Shown: positions 11,514 through 21,362 of the stretch, in pieces
Position numbering within the stretch: the stretch's first letter is position 1
Layout of the letters: each line of letters starts with the position of its first letter
DNA from: Candidatus Spongiisociaceae bacterium
Lineage (GTDB): Bacteria; Actinomycetota; Acidimicrobiia; Spongiisociales; Spongiisociaceae
Assembly: GCA_965219685.1 (NCBI GenBank)
Contig: CBDCOH010000002.1
Span: 3,072,001-3,136,000 of the forward strand
Direction: 5' to 3'
DNA: 64,000 nt
Program-made: the position numbers and the translations under genes
Notes under the pieces: generated by a model
Told to the model about the DNA's origin: nothing
The model's database searches: none
The model's input: the letters and a program-made list of their open reading frames with translations, nothing else

Positions 11514-12844
11514 GAGCTTTGAGTTCTCCACCACGGTGAGTGTTCTGTCCGCCGCCCCTCAGGTTGGATCGAGAGAAGCCTACTAAGGAGGGAAGTCGCA
11601 TGGTAGACAGCCAGGTCGAAGTGTGTGGTGGGGTGGACACCCATCGGGATACCCATGTTGTGGCGGTGGTCGATACCGCTGGCCGGGTGTTGGGAACCGC
11701 CCCGTTCCCCGCTGATAGGGTCGGATATGAGCAGATGACCAGGTGGTTACGAACACATGGGCAGCTGCTCCGGGTTGGCGTGGAGGGAACCGGCAGCTAC
11801 GGTGCCGGCCTCGCCCGATATCTGACGGAAGCGGGCATAGCCGTGGTTGAGGTGAACCGCCCCAACCGCCAACTACGCCGCCAGAGGGGCGGCAAGTCTG
11901 ACAGCATCGACGCCGAGGCGGCAGCTCGGGCGGCCGCCTCGGGTCAAGCTACCGCAGTTCCCAAATCCGGTGTGGGCCCCGTTGAGTGCATTCGGATGCT
12001 GTTGGTGGCCCGCCGCTCCGCGGTTAAGGCACGCACCCAGGCCGCTAACCAGATCCATGCACTGGTCATAACAGCCCCTGAACACCTAAACGCCAGCTCA
12101 GAGGCCTCAAGATCAAGGCCCGGGTCAGGGTCTGTGCCCGATGGCGTCCCGGTGGGGACCAGACCACGACCGCGTATGCGAAGATGGCTCTGCGCCACCT
12201 CTCCCGCCGATACCAGACCCTCGATGCAGAAATCGCGCAACTCGACGCTGAGATCCGTCGCCTCTGCGCCCAGGCGAACCCTGCTCTCCTAGCCGCCAAA
12301 GGCGTAGGCCCTGACACAGCAGCCGCTCTCCTGGTCGCAGCCGGCGACAACCCCGAACGGATGAAATCAGAGAGGTCCTTCGCGGCGTTATCTGGCACCA
12401 GCCCCGTCCAGGCATCATCCGGCCAAACGGTCCGCAATCGCCTCAACCGGGGCGGCAACCGCAAAGCCAACAACGCGCTATGGCGAATTGCCACCAACCG
12501 GATGCGCACCGACGCCGCCACCAAAGCCTACGTGGCACGACGCAAGGCCGAGGGCAAGAAGAGAAAAGAGATCATCCGCTGCCTCAAGCGGCACATAGCA
12601 CGAGAAATCTACCGGCTCCTGACCAACCCGCCACCAACCCCGAACTGCGCCCGCCTACGGCACCAGCGACAACAAGCTGGCATCACTATCACCCGAGCCG
12701 CCCAACAACTCCGAACCCACCCCAGCCGCATCTCAGTACTCGAACACGGCCGGGACCACAACCACCATCTCGCCACCCGATACCAGAACTGGCTGCACAC
12801 CCACCGACGGCCGACTCCATCGATTTGACAAACATAGGAGCATC
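11514..12844 (+). mobile_element. IS110 lineage B copy B1, main part (left end displaced to 17653-17869)
   Basis: Right end GATTTGACAAACATAGGAGCATC; upstream sequence homologous to 21268-21310. Confidence 0.85.
11600..12828 (+). pseudogene. IS110 recombinase with C-terminal HTH, one frameshift near 12085
   Basis: GGVDTHRDTH, GVEGTGSYGAGL, KSDSIDA, SPVQASSG, RLNRGGNRKAN, IRCLKRHIARE. Confidence 0.9.
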
Positions 12845-13175
12845 GATGAGCGCCTAATCGCGCAGTCGGAACCTGGGCACATCCACCGCCGTTTCCGCCA
12901 CCGCATCCGCACCGGCCGCCAAGCGCCGACAGATCCACCAACACGACCCTCCGATACCCCTTGGACCACACCCGGCTCCGATAGCCGTCACAGACCGGGC
13001 AGGGTTTGCGGGAGCGGATCACCACCAGAGGTTCCCCCTTGCCCAGCTCGTCGGTACCGACCAATCAACCCTCGCCATGGCCTACCTGCAACTCGCACAT
13101 GCGCGTAGGATCAACTCCCACAGGGGTCCTCCTCGCCCTCAAGATGCCCTACTCCCCACTCACTTCCGAAGAACC
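12845..13175 (-). mobile_element. ISL3-family left end and transposase N-terminal fragment
   Basis: End GGTTCTTCGGAAG; zinc-finger CPVC..RVWSKG and RWRKRRWMCP. Confidence 0.8.
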
Positions 13176-14151
13176 TGTTTGCTGTTGTGGTTGGTAGGTT
13201 CCGAGTCGTGGTTTGGATCGTGTTCCTGAGTTGGTGACGTAGCTCGGCTAGTGAGGGAGTTGGTGTGTCGGTGTGTAGTCTGTCCAGCAGTTCGTTAAGG
13301 TCCCATCGTAGGGTTTTACCCTGGCGGGCTAGGTAGATACCGACCTCCTTTATGTGGTATTCATCTTCGTAGTCCAGTAGAACGTAGCCGATTAGCTGAT
13401 ACAACATCGTGTTCGTGATCTTGGGAACGACAGTGGTCTTGATATCTAGAAGACACTCGTTCAATATCAGGTCAGCGTCGGCTCCGCCGATGTCTCCGCT
13501 TCCCTTAAACGTTGGGTTCAGATGGACAGGGTCGGAGAGATGTTCGCTATAGCGTTCATAGAATCTGTTTGACATTGAACACAAGTCGTCTATCCACCGG
13601 TCGTCAGGGATCGAGAGCAAATCCGAAACTGTTGAAGTGTTCGTCTGCGCGAAGAGAAGGTTCTTGGGATGTGCACCGATTCGGAAGAGTTGTTCGAAGA
13701 GAGCAAGAGCGAAACAATACCTATTCAGTTGTCGTTCCTGAACCGTCCCCAGGTCTCTGCCGCATGGATCAACCTGCCCAAGGAACCTCTCCAGGTCCTC
13801 GAAGAACCGACTGATCAGGGCTGGTGAGATAGAGTATCTCCGATCCAGAGTCTGCTTATGGCGGTATGCTCCCTTAAGAGCGACCAGTTCCGTAGAGCGG
13901 GTAATCGCAAAGTAGTAACGAATGCGATAGTCAATCGCTATACCCAATTCCCCATACGGTACAGGCTGATCTAGTAGACTCTCGGGGAGAACAGTATGGA
14001 CCTGTGCCAGTCTCCTGTTCTGCCCCCTGATAACACCACCAGTGTTAGGGAATCTCTCGTAGAAGAACCGACGTATATCATTGTCCGCCATCTGCGGTGA
14101 TCCAAGACGACGATGGCGAGACGGCTTGCTCAAGAAGAAACTCAACGACAC
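13111..14151 (-). CDS. Uncharacterised PD-(D/E)XK-like nuclease; 3' end runs into the ISL3 end
   Basis: GGADADLI..LLDIKTT..YQLIGYVLLD motif; lower GC; start uncertain (14163, 14151 or 14091). Confidence 0.7.
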   Translation of the reverse strand: MSLSFFLSKPSRHRRLGSPQMADNDIRRFFYERFPNTGGVIRGQNRRLAQVHTVLPESLLDQPVPYGELGIAIDYRIRYYFAITRSTELVALKGAYRHKQTLDRRYSISPALISRFFEDLERFLGQVDPCGRDLGTVQERQLNRYCFALALFEQLFRIGAHPKNLLFAQTNTSTVSDLLSIPDDRWIDDLCSMSNRFYERYSEHLSDPVHLNPTFKGSGDIGGADADLILNECLLDIKTTVVPKITNTMLYQLIGYVLLDYEDEYHIKEVGIYLARQGKTLRWDLNELLDRLHTDTPTPSLAELRHQLRNTIQTTTRNLPTTTANRFFGSEWGVGHLEGEEDPCGS

Positions 14152-14260
14152 CAATCCTCCCATCGTAGTAAGTCAAACTGGAACTACTTGGCTGAATAGT
14201 TCCTCGTCACGGACCCGCGGTGCAGGCATTTGTCACAGACTCAACCATATACTCGGGCGA

Positions 14261-14791
14261 ATGGCGATCACGAACGAGCGAAAGACACGCCTTCACAGCC
14301 TTGACAACGAGTGTTGCCTCCGCTGCGGTAGCAGCCGCGAGCTCCAGGTTGACCACATACTCCCCAAAGACTTGGGCGGGTCCGACCGTTGGGAGAACCT
14401 CCAAACCCTCTGTAAAGCTTGTAATCAACGGAAAAATGCCTTATACATAGACTACCGAACGGATGGTCGTCGTCTTGCCGCCGAAAAAATGGACGGCGGT
14501 GCGCCGCTACAAGCTCCGGAACTAGAGAGACTCGCGGCTGCCACCGGAGCCTTGGACAGAGCACTCCAGCAACGGTATGAGGCCCTGCTAGCTGCGGTCA
14601 CAGCTGAGCCTTCCCAGCAGGCCCTTGCAGCGGCTGCTATCGGGGCCTTGGACAGAGCACTCCGGCAATGGGATGAGACGCTGCTAGCTGCGGTCACAGC
14701 TGAGCCTTCCCAGCAGGCCGTGGCAGCTGCGGCCGGTTTGACTGCGCCCGCGCGTCTAGATGCTCCGCCAGTCATGGACAAGCAGACATAG
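14261..14791 (+). CDS. HNH endonuclease with a duplicated 32-aa C-terminal repeat
   Basis: CLRCG..LQVDHILP..GGSD..ENLQTLCKACNQRK. Confidence 0.85.
   Translation: MAITNERKTRLHSLDNECCLRCGSSRELQVDHILPKDLGGSDRWENLQTLCKACNQRKNALYIDYRTDGRRLAAEKMDGGAPLQAPELERLAAATGALDRALQQRYEALLAAVTAEPSQQALAAAAIGALDRALRQWDETLLAAVTAEPSQQAVAAAAGLTAPARLDAPPVMDKQT
14534..14730 (+). repeat. Two imperfect 96-bp tandem repeats inside the HNH gene
   Basis: ccttggacagagcactcc recurs at 14550 and 14646. Confidence 0.85.
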
Positions 14792-14883
14792 GGTGATGTT
14801 GATGAATCCCGGACCCAGGCTCTCTTGTCGGCTCAGCGGGCCGGGGCGTCGAGGTGTTTAGCGGTCAACCCGGGCCAAGGCAT

Positions 14884-15030
14884 CTACTGCGGGCCGCGTG
14901 TACACGGTGATAGGGTACGTAGGTCACGGTCGCGGCTCTTCGCCTGCAGCACTAAGGCGGAAACTCCGGCCTCGGCCAGGTACCTGAGGTTTGAGTGGGG
15001 GAACTGGCGGAGGGTGATACGTGTTTCCGG
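14884..15030 (-). pseudogene. Tyrosine recombinase C-terminal remnant
   Basis: TLRQFPHSNLRYLAEAGVSALVLQAKSRDRDLRTL, homologous to the 7.0-7.2 kb fragment. Confidence 0.65.
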
Positions 15031-15141
15031 GCCGCTCCTCCGGGATGGGCTGATGACCCCCGGACCCCCAACTCGCGAACTGGTACACGTTCGAGGTAGC
15101 CACACGGACCGACCGAACCCCCAGAGAGCACAGTTGGCCTG

Positions 15142-16152
15142 TCAGAGGTTGTTCTCCCCGCCTGGGGGAGCCAGAGAACGGGGAACAACCTTTTGGGTGG
15201 GTGCATTTGGTGGGTTGACGAGGCGGAGCACCACATAGCTCGGCTCGTGGGCTGCGTGGCCGATGACCCACACCTCGTCGAAGCAGCCGAATGAGACACC
15301 GCCGAAGGCCTCAAACGGGTAGGGAGCGACAGCGTCGGGACCGAAGTGATCGTTGAGTTGCCAAGCAGTAGCTTCGTCGAGCATTACCGCCAGCCACTTC
15401 AGACCGGGTGCACCGTCCATCTGGCCCTTCGTCGTCTTGATCTCTACTCGTTCCTCGATCGCCTGAGCCAACATCTCCAGATTGTCGAGGGATGCTGAGC
15501 CGGTCATCCCATGAATGCGTATCATGCCGGCTCCCGGCCCGGTCCGCTGTGGGGGTTTCAGCACGGTTACGTATCTGGCTGCCATCGAGTCATGGAAATG
15601 GTCGATCAACAGGTCGGGGTACCAGTAACCGGAAACCGGCGCCCAAGAGCGCAACCACTCCTCGAAACTGACAACTTGCGGGGCGGCCTCCCGCCATGCC
15701 CTGATCCAATGACTGGTCTTGAGGTATCCATGCACACTGACGAGTTCCGCGTTTGCGGCCTCAGCAATCTCCACAGGAGTGCCACCGGTGCCCTCTGCCG
15801 CTACGAGAACCTCAACGAGCGCGTCCACAAGATCCCTGAGAGGACGACTCTTGTTAGCCTCCGGGTCCAGATCTGACACCTTTACCGTCCACACATACGA
15901 CAGCCGACGATCAAACCGTTCTGGACCAGGGCGGCTAGTCACCTGACTCCAGAAACTCAGCGCCGCGGGCTCCGTATGCATCGTCACCTCAACATCGGCC
16001 ACGCGCCCGTCGGCTAATGTCACCCGCCAATCAGCAGTGGGCTCGTTACCCGAGTCATCAAGCCGCACCGGCACGGCAACCACATCCTCGACCGCGCAGA
16101 CGACATCCCGCGCAGCAAGTTCCTCAATGCGAGGCGGCCGCTGCGTACCCAT
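15142..16152 (-). CDS. Hypothetical protein, possible restriction-like nuclease fold
   Basis: 336 aa ORF; TADWRV..VADVEVT resembles a D..EVT variant motif. Confidence 0.65.
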   Translation of the reverse strand: MGTQRPPRIEELAARDVVCAVEDVVAVPVRLDDSGNEPTADWRVTLADGRVADVEVTMHTEPAALSFWSQVTSRPGPERFDRRLSYVWTVKVSDLDPEANKSRPLRDLVDALVEVLVAAEGTGGTPVEIAEAANAELVSVHGYLKTSHWIRAWREAAPQVVSFEEWLRSWAPVSGYWYPDLLIDHFHDSMAARYVTVLKPPQRTGPGAGMIRIHGMTGSASLDNLEMLAQAIEERVEIKTTKGQMDGAPGLKWLAVMLDEATAWQLNDHFGPDAVAPYPFEAFGGVSFGCFDEVWVIGHAAHEPSYVVLRLVNPPNAPTQKVVPRSLAPPGGENNL

Positions 16153-16164
16153 GGGAAGAACCTA

Positions 16165-16400
16165 ATGGGGGTCCACCACTTCTTCTGGTTCATCTGGGAG
16201 GGTGTGGTGGTTGAGCTGGCTGGCCGGTGAGTACTCCAAGCTCCTGGAACTCTGATTCCTGTTGATAGATCGTGCTCCGGCCGGTGAGTGAGGGCTGCTT
16301 GTAGCGCTCATGGGGTGGCGTGCCGCGAAGAGCACTGATCTGCTAGGTCGCCGCCAGGCGTTTCCTCCACAGCTCGAGAGTGATCCGTCTATGGAGGAGG
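16165..16400 (+). ncRNA. Predicted bridge RNA of IS110-A2
   Basis: Stem ggccggtgagta..tgctccggcc encloses AAGCTCCT (16238-45) and TGATAG (16263-68), matching the reconstructed target; boundaries approximate. Confidence 0.7.
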
Positions 16401-16405
16401 CAAGG

Positions 16406-17629
16406 ATGATCTTTGTGGGTGATGACTGGGCTGAGGGACATCATGATGTGTGTCTCATGGACGAGTCCGGAGTTCCGTTGGCCGCTCGGCGGCTACCAGA
16501 AGGTCTGGCAGGTGTGGCCCAGTTGCATGAGATGATCGGCGAGCACGTATCGGATCCGTCCGAGGTGGTGGTGGGCATCGAGTGTGACCGTGGTTTGTGG
16601 GTCGGTGCTCTGGTCGGGGCGGGTTATCAGGTGTATGCGATCAACCCGATGGCAGTTTCGCGTTACCGGGACCCGTCATAGCCAGGGTGGGGCCAAATCA
16701 GACCGTGGCGACGCCAAGGTGTTAGCCGACCTAGTACGCACCGACCGGCACAACCATCGTCGGGTTGCCGGTGATAGCCCCGAAGCCGAAGGGATCAAAG
16801 TCCTGGCTAGGACGCATCAGAACCTGATCTGGGCTCGGGTGCGTCACACCAACCAGATCCGCAACGCCCTGCGCGAGTACTACCCCGCAGCCCTCGAAAC
16901 CTTCGATGAGCGGGCTAATCGCGACACCGTCGCCGTGCTGGGTCGGGCAACCACCCCCACCCGGGGTGCCCGCCTGACCGTCACCCAGATTAGGGCCGCG
17001 CTCCGCGCCGCCGGCCGACGCCGCACCCTCGATACGGCTGCCCGTCGAATACAAAAAGGGCTCCGCACCCGCCAACTCGCCGCTCCTGGGCGGGTCACCG
17101 ACGCACACGGGGCCACTGTGGGGGCGCTGGTGAGCGTCATTGCGGAAACCAACCGCCAGTTCACAGACCTCGAAGCAACCCTGGAAACCCGCTTTGAGGA
17201 GCACCCGGACGCCGTCATCTACCACTCCCAGCCAGGACTCGGTACCGTGCTCGGCGCCCGGGCGCTCGCAGAGAGTCCGGGGACGACCCCCAACGCTACA
17301 CCAGCGCCAAGTCACCCAGGAACTATGCCGGCACGTCGCCCATCACCATCGCGTCAGGCCGCAAACACACCGTTATGGCCCGCCACGTCCGCAACCGGCG
17401 CCTCTACGACGCCCTCGACCAATGGGCATTCTGTTCCCTAACCCGAAGTCCAGGCGCCCGAGCGTTCTACGACCAACGCCGAGCCGCCGGCGACCTCCAC
17501 CACCAAGCACTCCGAGCCCTCGCCAACCGGCTCGTGGGTATCCTCCACGGCTGTCTCAAACACCGAACCACCTATGACGAACACACTACCTGGGCCCACC
17601 GCACCACCCTCGACCAAGCCGCAGCTTGA
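16406..17629 (+). pseudogene. IS110 recombinase with two frameshifts
   Basis: ORF pieces 16310-16681, 16584-17441 and 17375-17629. Confidence 0.9.
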
Positions 17630-17652
17630 CATTTGCCCGCCTGGGGTGTCTA

Positions 17653-17869
17653 TCAGGTCACATCCGCTTCGAAGCCAAAGCTCCGCCATCAGGTCACATC
17701 CGCTTCGAAGCCAAAGCTCCGCCCCTGACCGGCGGGACAGGCCGACAGATCCCCAGCAAGGCAACACACGCGCCGGATTTCGATTGGGTCAGACCCGCCC
17801 CCCAGTCCAGGGGACCACCACTCATCCTCGCAGCAGTCCCCCTCAAAAGGGCACCTTCAGTATGAGTGA
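17653..17869 (-). mobile_element. Left end and 5' part of the bridge-RNA region of IS110-B1
   Basis: Homologous to 21132-21267 (CACTCATAC end, gggtctgaccc..gatctgtcg loop, GTGACCTGA). Confidence 0.8.
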
Positions 17870-17888
17870 ATTTCGCTGATCGCCAACA
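17868..17888. mobile_element. IS21-type terminal inverted repeat stub
   Basis: Reverse complement tgttggcgatcagcgaaattc versus tgttggcgattagcgagattc at 26443. Confidence 0.7.
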
Positions 17889-18226
17889 AGAGACCGTGCG
17901 GGGCATCTACGACATCGACAGCCCAGCCGTCGCTCTCCGCTACACCCTCCAGCTCGCCGACGACCTCCAAGACGAATCCTGCCCACCGGAGATCCACAAG
18001 CTGGGCCGAACCATCGCCCGCTGGACGCCGCAGATCGCCAACTGGCACATCTCCAAGGTGACCAACGGACCCACCGAAGCGCTCAACAACCTGATCAAGA
18101 GGATCAAGCGAGCAGCGTTCGGGTTCCGGAACTTCGCGAACTACCGAATCCGGGCTCTCCTCTACGCCGGGAAGCCCAACTGGGATCTACTCCCATCGGT
18201 CACTCCCCACTGAAACGCGATGAGCC
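17889..18226 (+). mobile_element. ISL3 transposase C-terminal fragment and right end
   Basis: TNGPTEALNNLIKRIKRAAFGFRNFANYRIRALL; end CGCGATGAGCC. Confidence 0.9.
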
Positions 18227-18895
18227 CTATTAGCTGTCTTACCTGAAACTATGTCGATCAGCTGGCGGCCTCCCACATCGACCACAGACGTGCACCACTG
18301 TTTGGCACGGAACTGGCCGCGCCGCCAGAACACCGTCTCATCGACCCCGACAGCCTCGACCCTGCCTACCCGGTTGCTGTCTGCCTCCAGGAGTGCTTCA
18401 CCCCAGCGGCGGACCTCGTCATTCACCGTATGCCAATCACAGCCCAGTTCTGTGGCAACTTCCTCGACCGATCGACCCATCCGACCCACCTGTGTCGTAA
18501 CCCACCTCGCGGCTCGGGACGTCAACAACGCTCGAGTCGGAGCGATCATCGGGTCTTGTTCAACGAACGAGCGAACCGCACAGTCGGAGTTCGGACACGT
18601 CCAGCGCCTTTTCCCCACCGCAACCGCACCGGCCGGCCGAACGCCGCCAGATCCACCAACACCACGCTCCGATACCCCTTGGACCACACCCGGCTCCCAC
18701 AACCCTTACAGGTCGGGCGGGGTCGACGGGAACGGATCACCACCACAAGCGGTGCGTCCTCGCCCCGCTCTTCTATCCCTACCAGGTCAACGTCGCCCAG
18801 GCCTACCAGCAACTCACACATGCGCGTAGGTCAGCTTCCACAGGGTTCCTCCTCGCCCTCAAGATGCCCTAATCCCCACTGAAATCCGAAGAGCC
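18227..18895 (-). mobile_element. Second ISL3, left end plus truncated frameshifted transposase
   Basis: End GGCTCTTCGGA; CKGC finger, LGCDWHTV, VGVDET. Confidence 0.85.
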
Positions 18896-18958
18896 ACTTA
18901 ACTGGAAGCTACGTACACGAGATGCTGCTAGGAGGTCTGGGCGATGTCTAGGGACCGA

Positions 18959-20134
18959 CTAACTCGGTCGTGGTATTGCCGCGTGGAGATAGGCACCGTC
19001 CTCCGATGTCCTTGTTGCCAACTCGAGATATCTCTTTGAGTTCGGGAATGATCTGATTGAGACGGTGGGTCCACACGGACGGAATGTCGACGTATTGTCC
19101 TTATGAGATATCGCAACGAGGCCGTCGCTTGTTTCGATAATGAGTGAAGACGTGGTTTCACAGGCCGTGAGAGGCTTGCCTTTGTAACGGCCGATTCGAT
19201 GAACTCTCTTCGCGATTCGGCGGCCACCGATACTCCGATACAGACGTGCAGCGAACACACGGCCCTCTAGTAGGGCGATCAGACGCTGCCGAGAGAACAG
19301 GATGTAGTCGAGTGTCTCATTGAGGAAGGGCGAACCGGAACCGTCACTCGACGTGCTCACGCTTGCTGGCTCCACTCCAACTAGTACCTTGTCTGGTACA
19401 CTCCTGGCTGAAGAATTGGTGTCTTCCCGTTGGCCTTCTAGATAGGAAAACTCATTACGTGAGGGGAAATTGAAGAGCCCTCCACTTCCAAACGTGGCTC
19501 GCTCTGAAGCAACCGCTACTTGTCGCTCCTTAGCGCGTTGGCCTGAGCGATAGCCAAAGTCGTCGAACAGCATACGAAGCCCAGCGTCGCCACAAGAAGC
19601 TGCTATCGATCCAAGGCTCGCTGCTGCGGAGTAGCACGAGTGCCTGATCCGGGATTCGAAGGTCACAGTGTCTTTTCGCGTATGCCATGTAGGGATGTGG
19701 GGTGTGTGTGATCGTATCGTCTGGGGTTCTGTGAGTTCGAATAGGCCCTCGTCTGTACCACAATAGATTCGATCTGCGTAGATCAGTATGTCGAGCAAGC
19801 TGTTGGCTTCTAGCCGGGTCTCGAAGACCCAATATGGGGTATTGTCGAGATCGATCACCAAGTCTAAGTCGGAGTCACGTTCACTAAGTCTTGTCGCGCT
19901 CCGATATTGACCAGCCGCGGCTCCAAGTCTGTTTGAGTGGAAGAGTTGGAAGCAAGCTCCAGCCGCGGCCTGTGGGTCATCCGATAGTTCCGTTCTAATT
20001 AGTGACTCGATACCTGACACAGGAAACAAATATAGCCTACTGTCGTAACTCCAAGCATGGATCGTGGTCCGGTAAACGAACATGTCCTCGATAGGTGGAC
20101 CCTCTAATCGTACAGAGATCCAACGGTCTGTCAT
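18959..20134 (-). CDS. Hypothetical protein (391 aa), second gene of a candidate defence operon
   Basis: Long lower-GC ORF; ATGA overlap with the upstream gene. Confidence 0.8.
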   Translation of the reverse strand: MTDRWISVRLEGPPIEDMFVYRTTIHAWSYDSRLYLFPVSGIESLIRTELSDDPQAAAGACFQLFHSNRLGAAAGQYRSATRLSERDSDLDLVIDLDNTPYWVFETRLEANSLLDILIYADRIYCGTDEGLFELTEPQTIRSHTPHIPTWHTRKDTVTFESRIRHSCYSAAASLGSIAASCGDAGLRMLFDDFGYRSGQRAKERQVAVASERATFGSGGLFNFPSRNEFSYLEGQREDTNSSARSVPDKVLVGVEPASVSTSSDGSGSPFLNETLDYILFSRQRLIALLEGRVFAARLYRSIGGRRIAKRVHRIGRYKGKPLTACETTSSLIIETSDGLVAISHKDNTSTFRPCGPTVSIRSFPNSKRYLELATRTSEDGAYLHAAIPRPS

Positions 20135-20571
20135 ACCTTACCTCTTCGTATCCGTGCAGCCTGTGGCTCACTGATGATATGTTTGCTTATCCAGTCTTTT
20201 ACCAAATTAGGAGGGGGAAGGTGCTCAAAGTGTCGATTAGTATCGAGAGCAGACACTGGATAACCGTGCCACGGATCGGTGTCGTTACGACGCCTAGGAA
20301 ACTTTGCAAGGCGCTCATCTGCAGATCCTAGTACTACTAGATCGTCTTGCAGGCCCCACAGATGTCCCGACGTGTCCAACCAATTGCTAACAAACGAACG
20401 CTTGAAGATATAATATTCATGTCGTGGCTCTATCGACTTGGCCCACTTGTTGGCACGAATTCGACTCGTTGGACGATGTTTATGCATCGACAAGTATGAG
20501 TCACAACCATTTAGCGCGGGGAAGTGGACACCGGACTGAGTGGCTGTTCCCATGGGCAATGCGCTCCTCAC
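20131..20571 (-). CDS. Small WHGYP-motif protein, possible RNase-type toxin
   Basis: HKH..KW..AKFP..DPWHGYPV; coupled to 18959-20134. Confidence 0.7.
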   Translation of the reverse strand: MRSALPMGTATQSGVHFPALNGCDSYLSMHKHRPTSRIRANKWAKSIEPRHEYYIFKRSFVSNWLDTSGHLWGLQDDLVVLGSADERLAKFPRRRNDTDPWHGYPVSALDTNRHFEHLPPPNLVKDWISKHIISEPQAARIRRGKV

Positions 20572-21133
20572 TCGTAGACGGCTGCCACCCGGACTCTCAA
20601 GGGTGTCGTGTTGGGGATCATAGGCACAGTCGATGATCGAATCCGGCGGCCACGCGCTTCGCCCCTTGCAGAGTGCCCGCGGGCTACGGCGTTCGGGGCG
20701 TCGCGTAGGACTTCCGGGGTTGCTTACGTTCCTACCACTCCTGACCCTGCTCGAGCGATACCTCTGGCCTAGCTCAAGCAGGGTTCGATCTGCCCCACGC
20801 GATCCTGCTTGCGGGTCCTGCTGACGGCAATAAGGACCTGAACCCCGAACTGTTCCCCCCGGCCCAGGACCAGCTGATCGCCGTCACACTCGGCGACGAG
20901 TACCCCAACGGGATAACCGTCAGCGGCTACCTGTCTTCCCGAGTGGGCATCTACCAGCCGAACAACAGCTCACGCTGCACACAGCCAGGGCACACGACCG
21001 GGGCGCCACATGCGCCGACATCGCCGCCACCGTCGGCTACCCGACCGAGATAGTCCGCCAACTGGTCGACCAACACCACTGGGACGACTGCCGGAACTGC
21101 GGCCAACAGAACAACAAGAGGCTTCGCGAAAAC

Positions 21134-21360
21134 ACTCATACTTGTAGGGTCCTCCTCGGCTGGGGGCCGGGTCTGACCCACGCGAAAACTGGCGTTTGGT
21201 GCCTTTCCACGATCTGTCGACCTGGCCCTAGCCGGGAGCCCTGGACCGGGGAGCGGGGTGACCTAATAGGAGCCTTCGACTTCTCCACCATGAGTGTTCT
21301 GTCCGCCGCTCTGCCCGGCTCAGGGAACTTGGAATTGTAGGCAGCCGACGGAAGGCGGGC
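21134..21360 (+). ncRNA. Predicted bridge RNA of IS110-B2
   Basis: Target loop CGCGAAAAC (21181-89) and CCACGA (21207-12) match the flanks; donor loop ATAGGAGC and TGAGTGTT match the element ends. Confidence 0.75.
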
Positions 21361-21362
21361 AC

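Larger units (their letters stand above)
16162..17652 (+). mobile_element. IS110 lineage A copy A2 (same frameshifts as A1)
   Basis: Inverted near-identical copy of 9998-11513; translated fragments are identical. Confidence 0.9.

Noticed and set aside
10046-12828. Programmed frameshifting in IS110 genes
   Set aside because: Intact single-ORF homologues exist (60890-62110) and the breaks fall at different positions among B copies, so decay or sequencing error is more likely
17652-17723. 36-bp direct repeat pair as a mini-CRISPR
   Set aside because: No spacer; it is a tandem duplication of IS110-B non-coding sequence
13168-18234. ISL3 target-site duplication linking the two halves
   Set aside because: Flanks AGCAAACA and CTATTAGC do not match, so it is not used as evidence for the inversion
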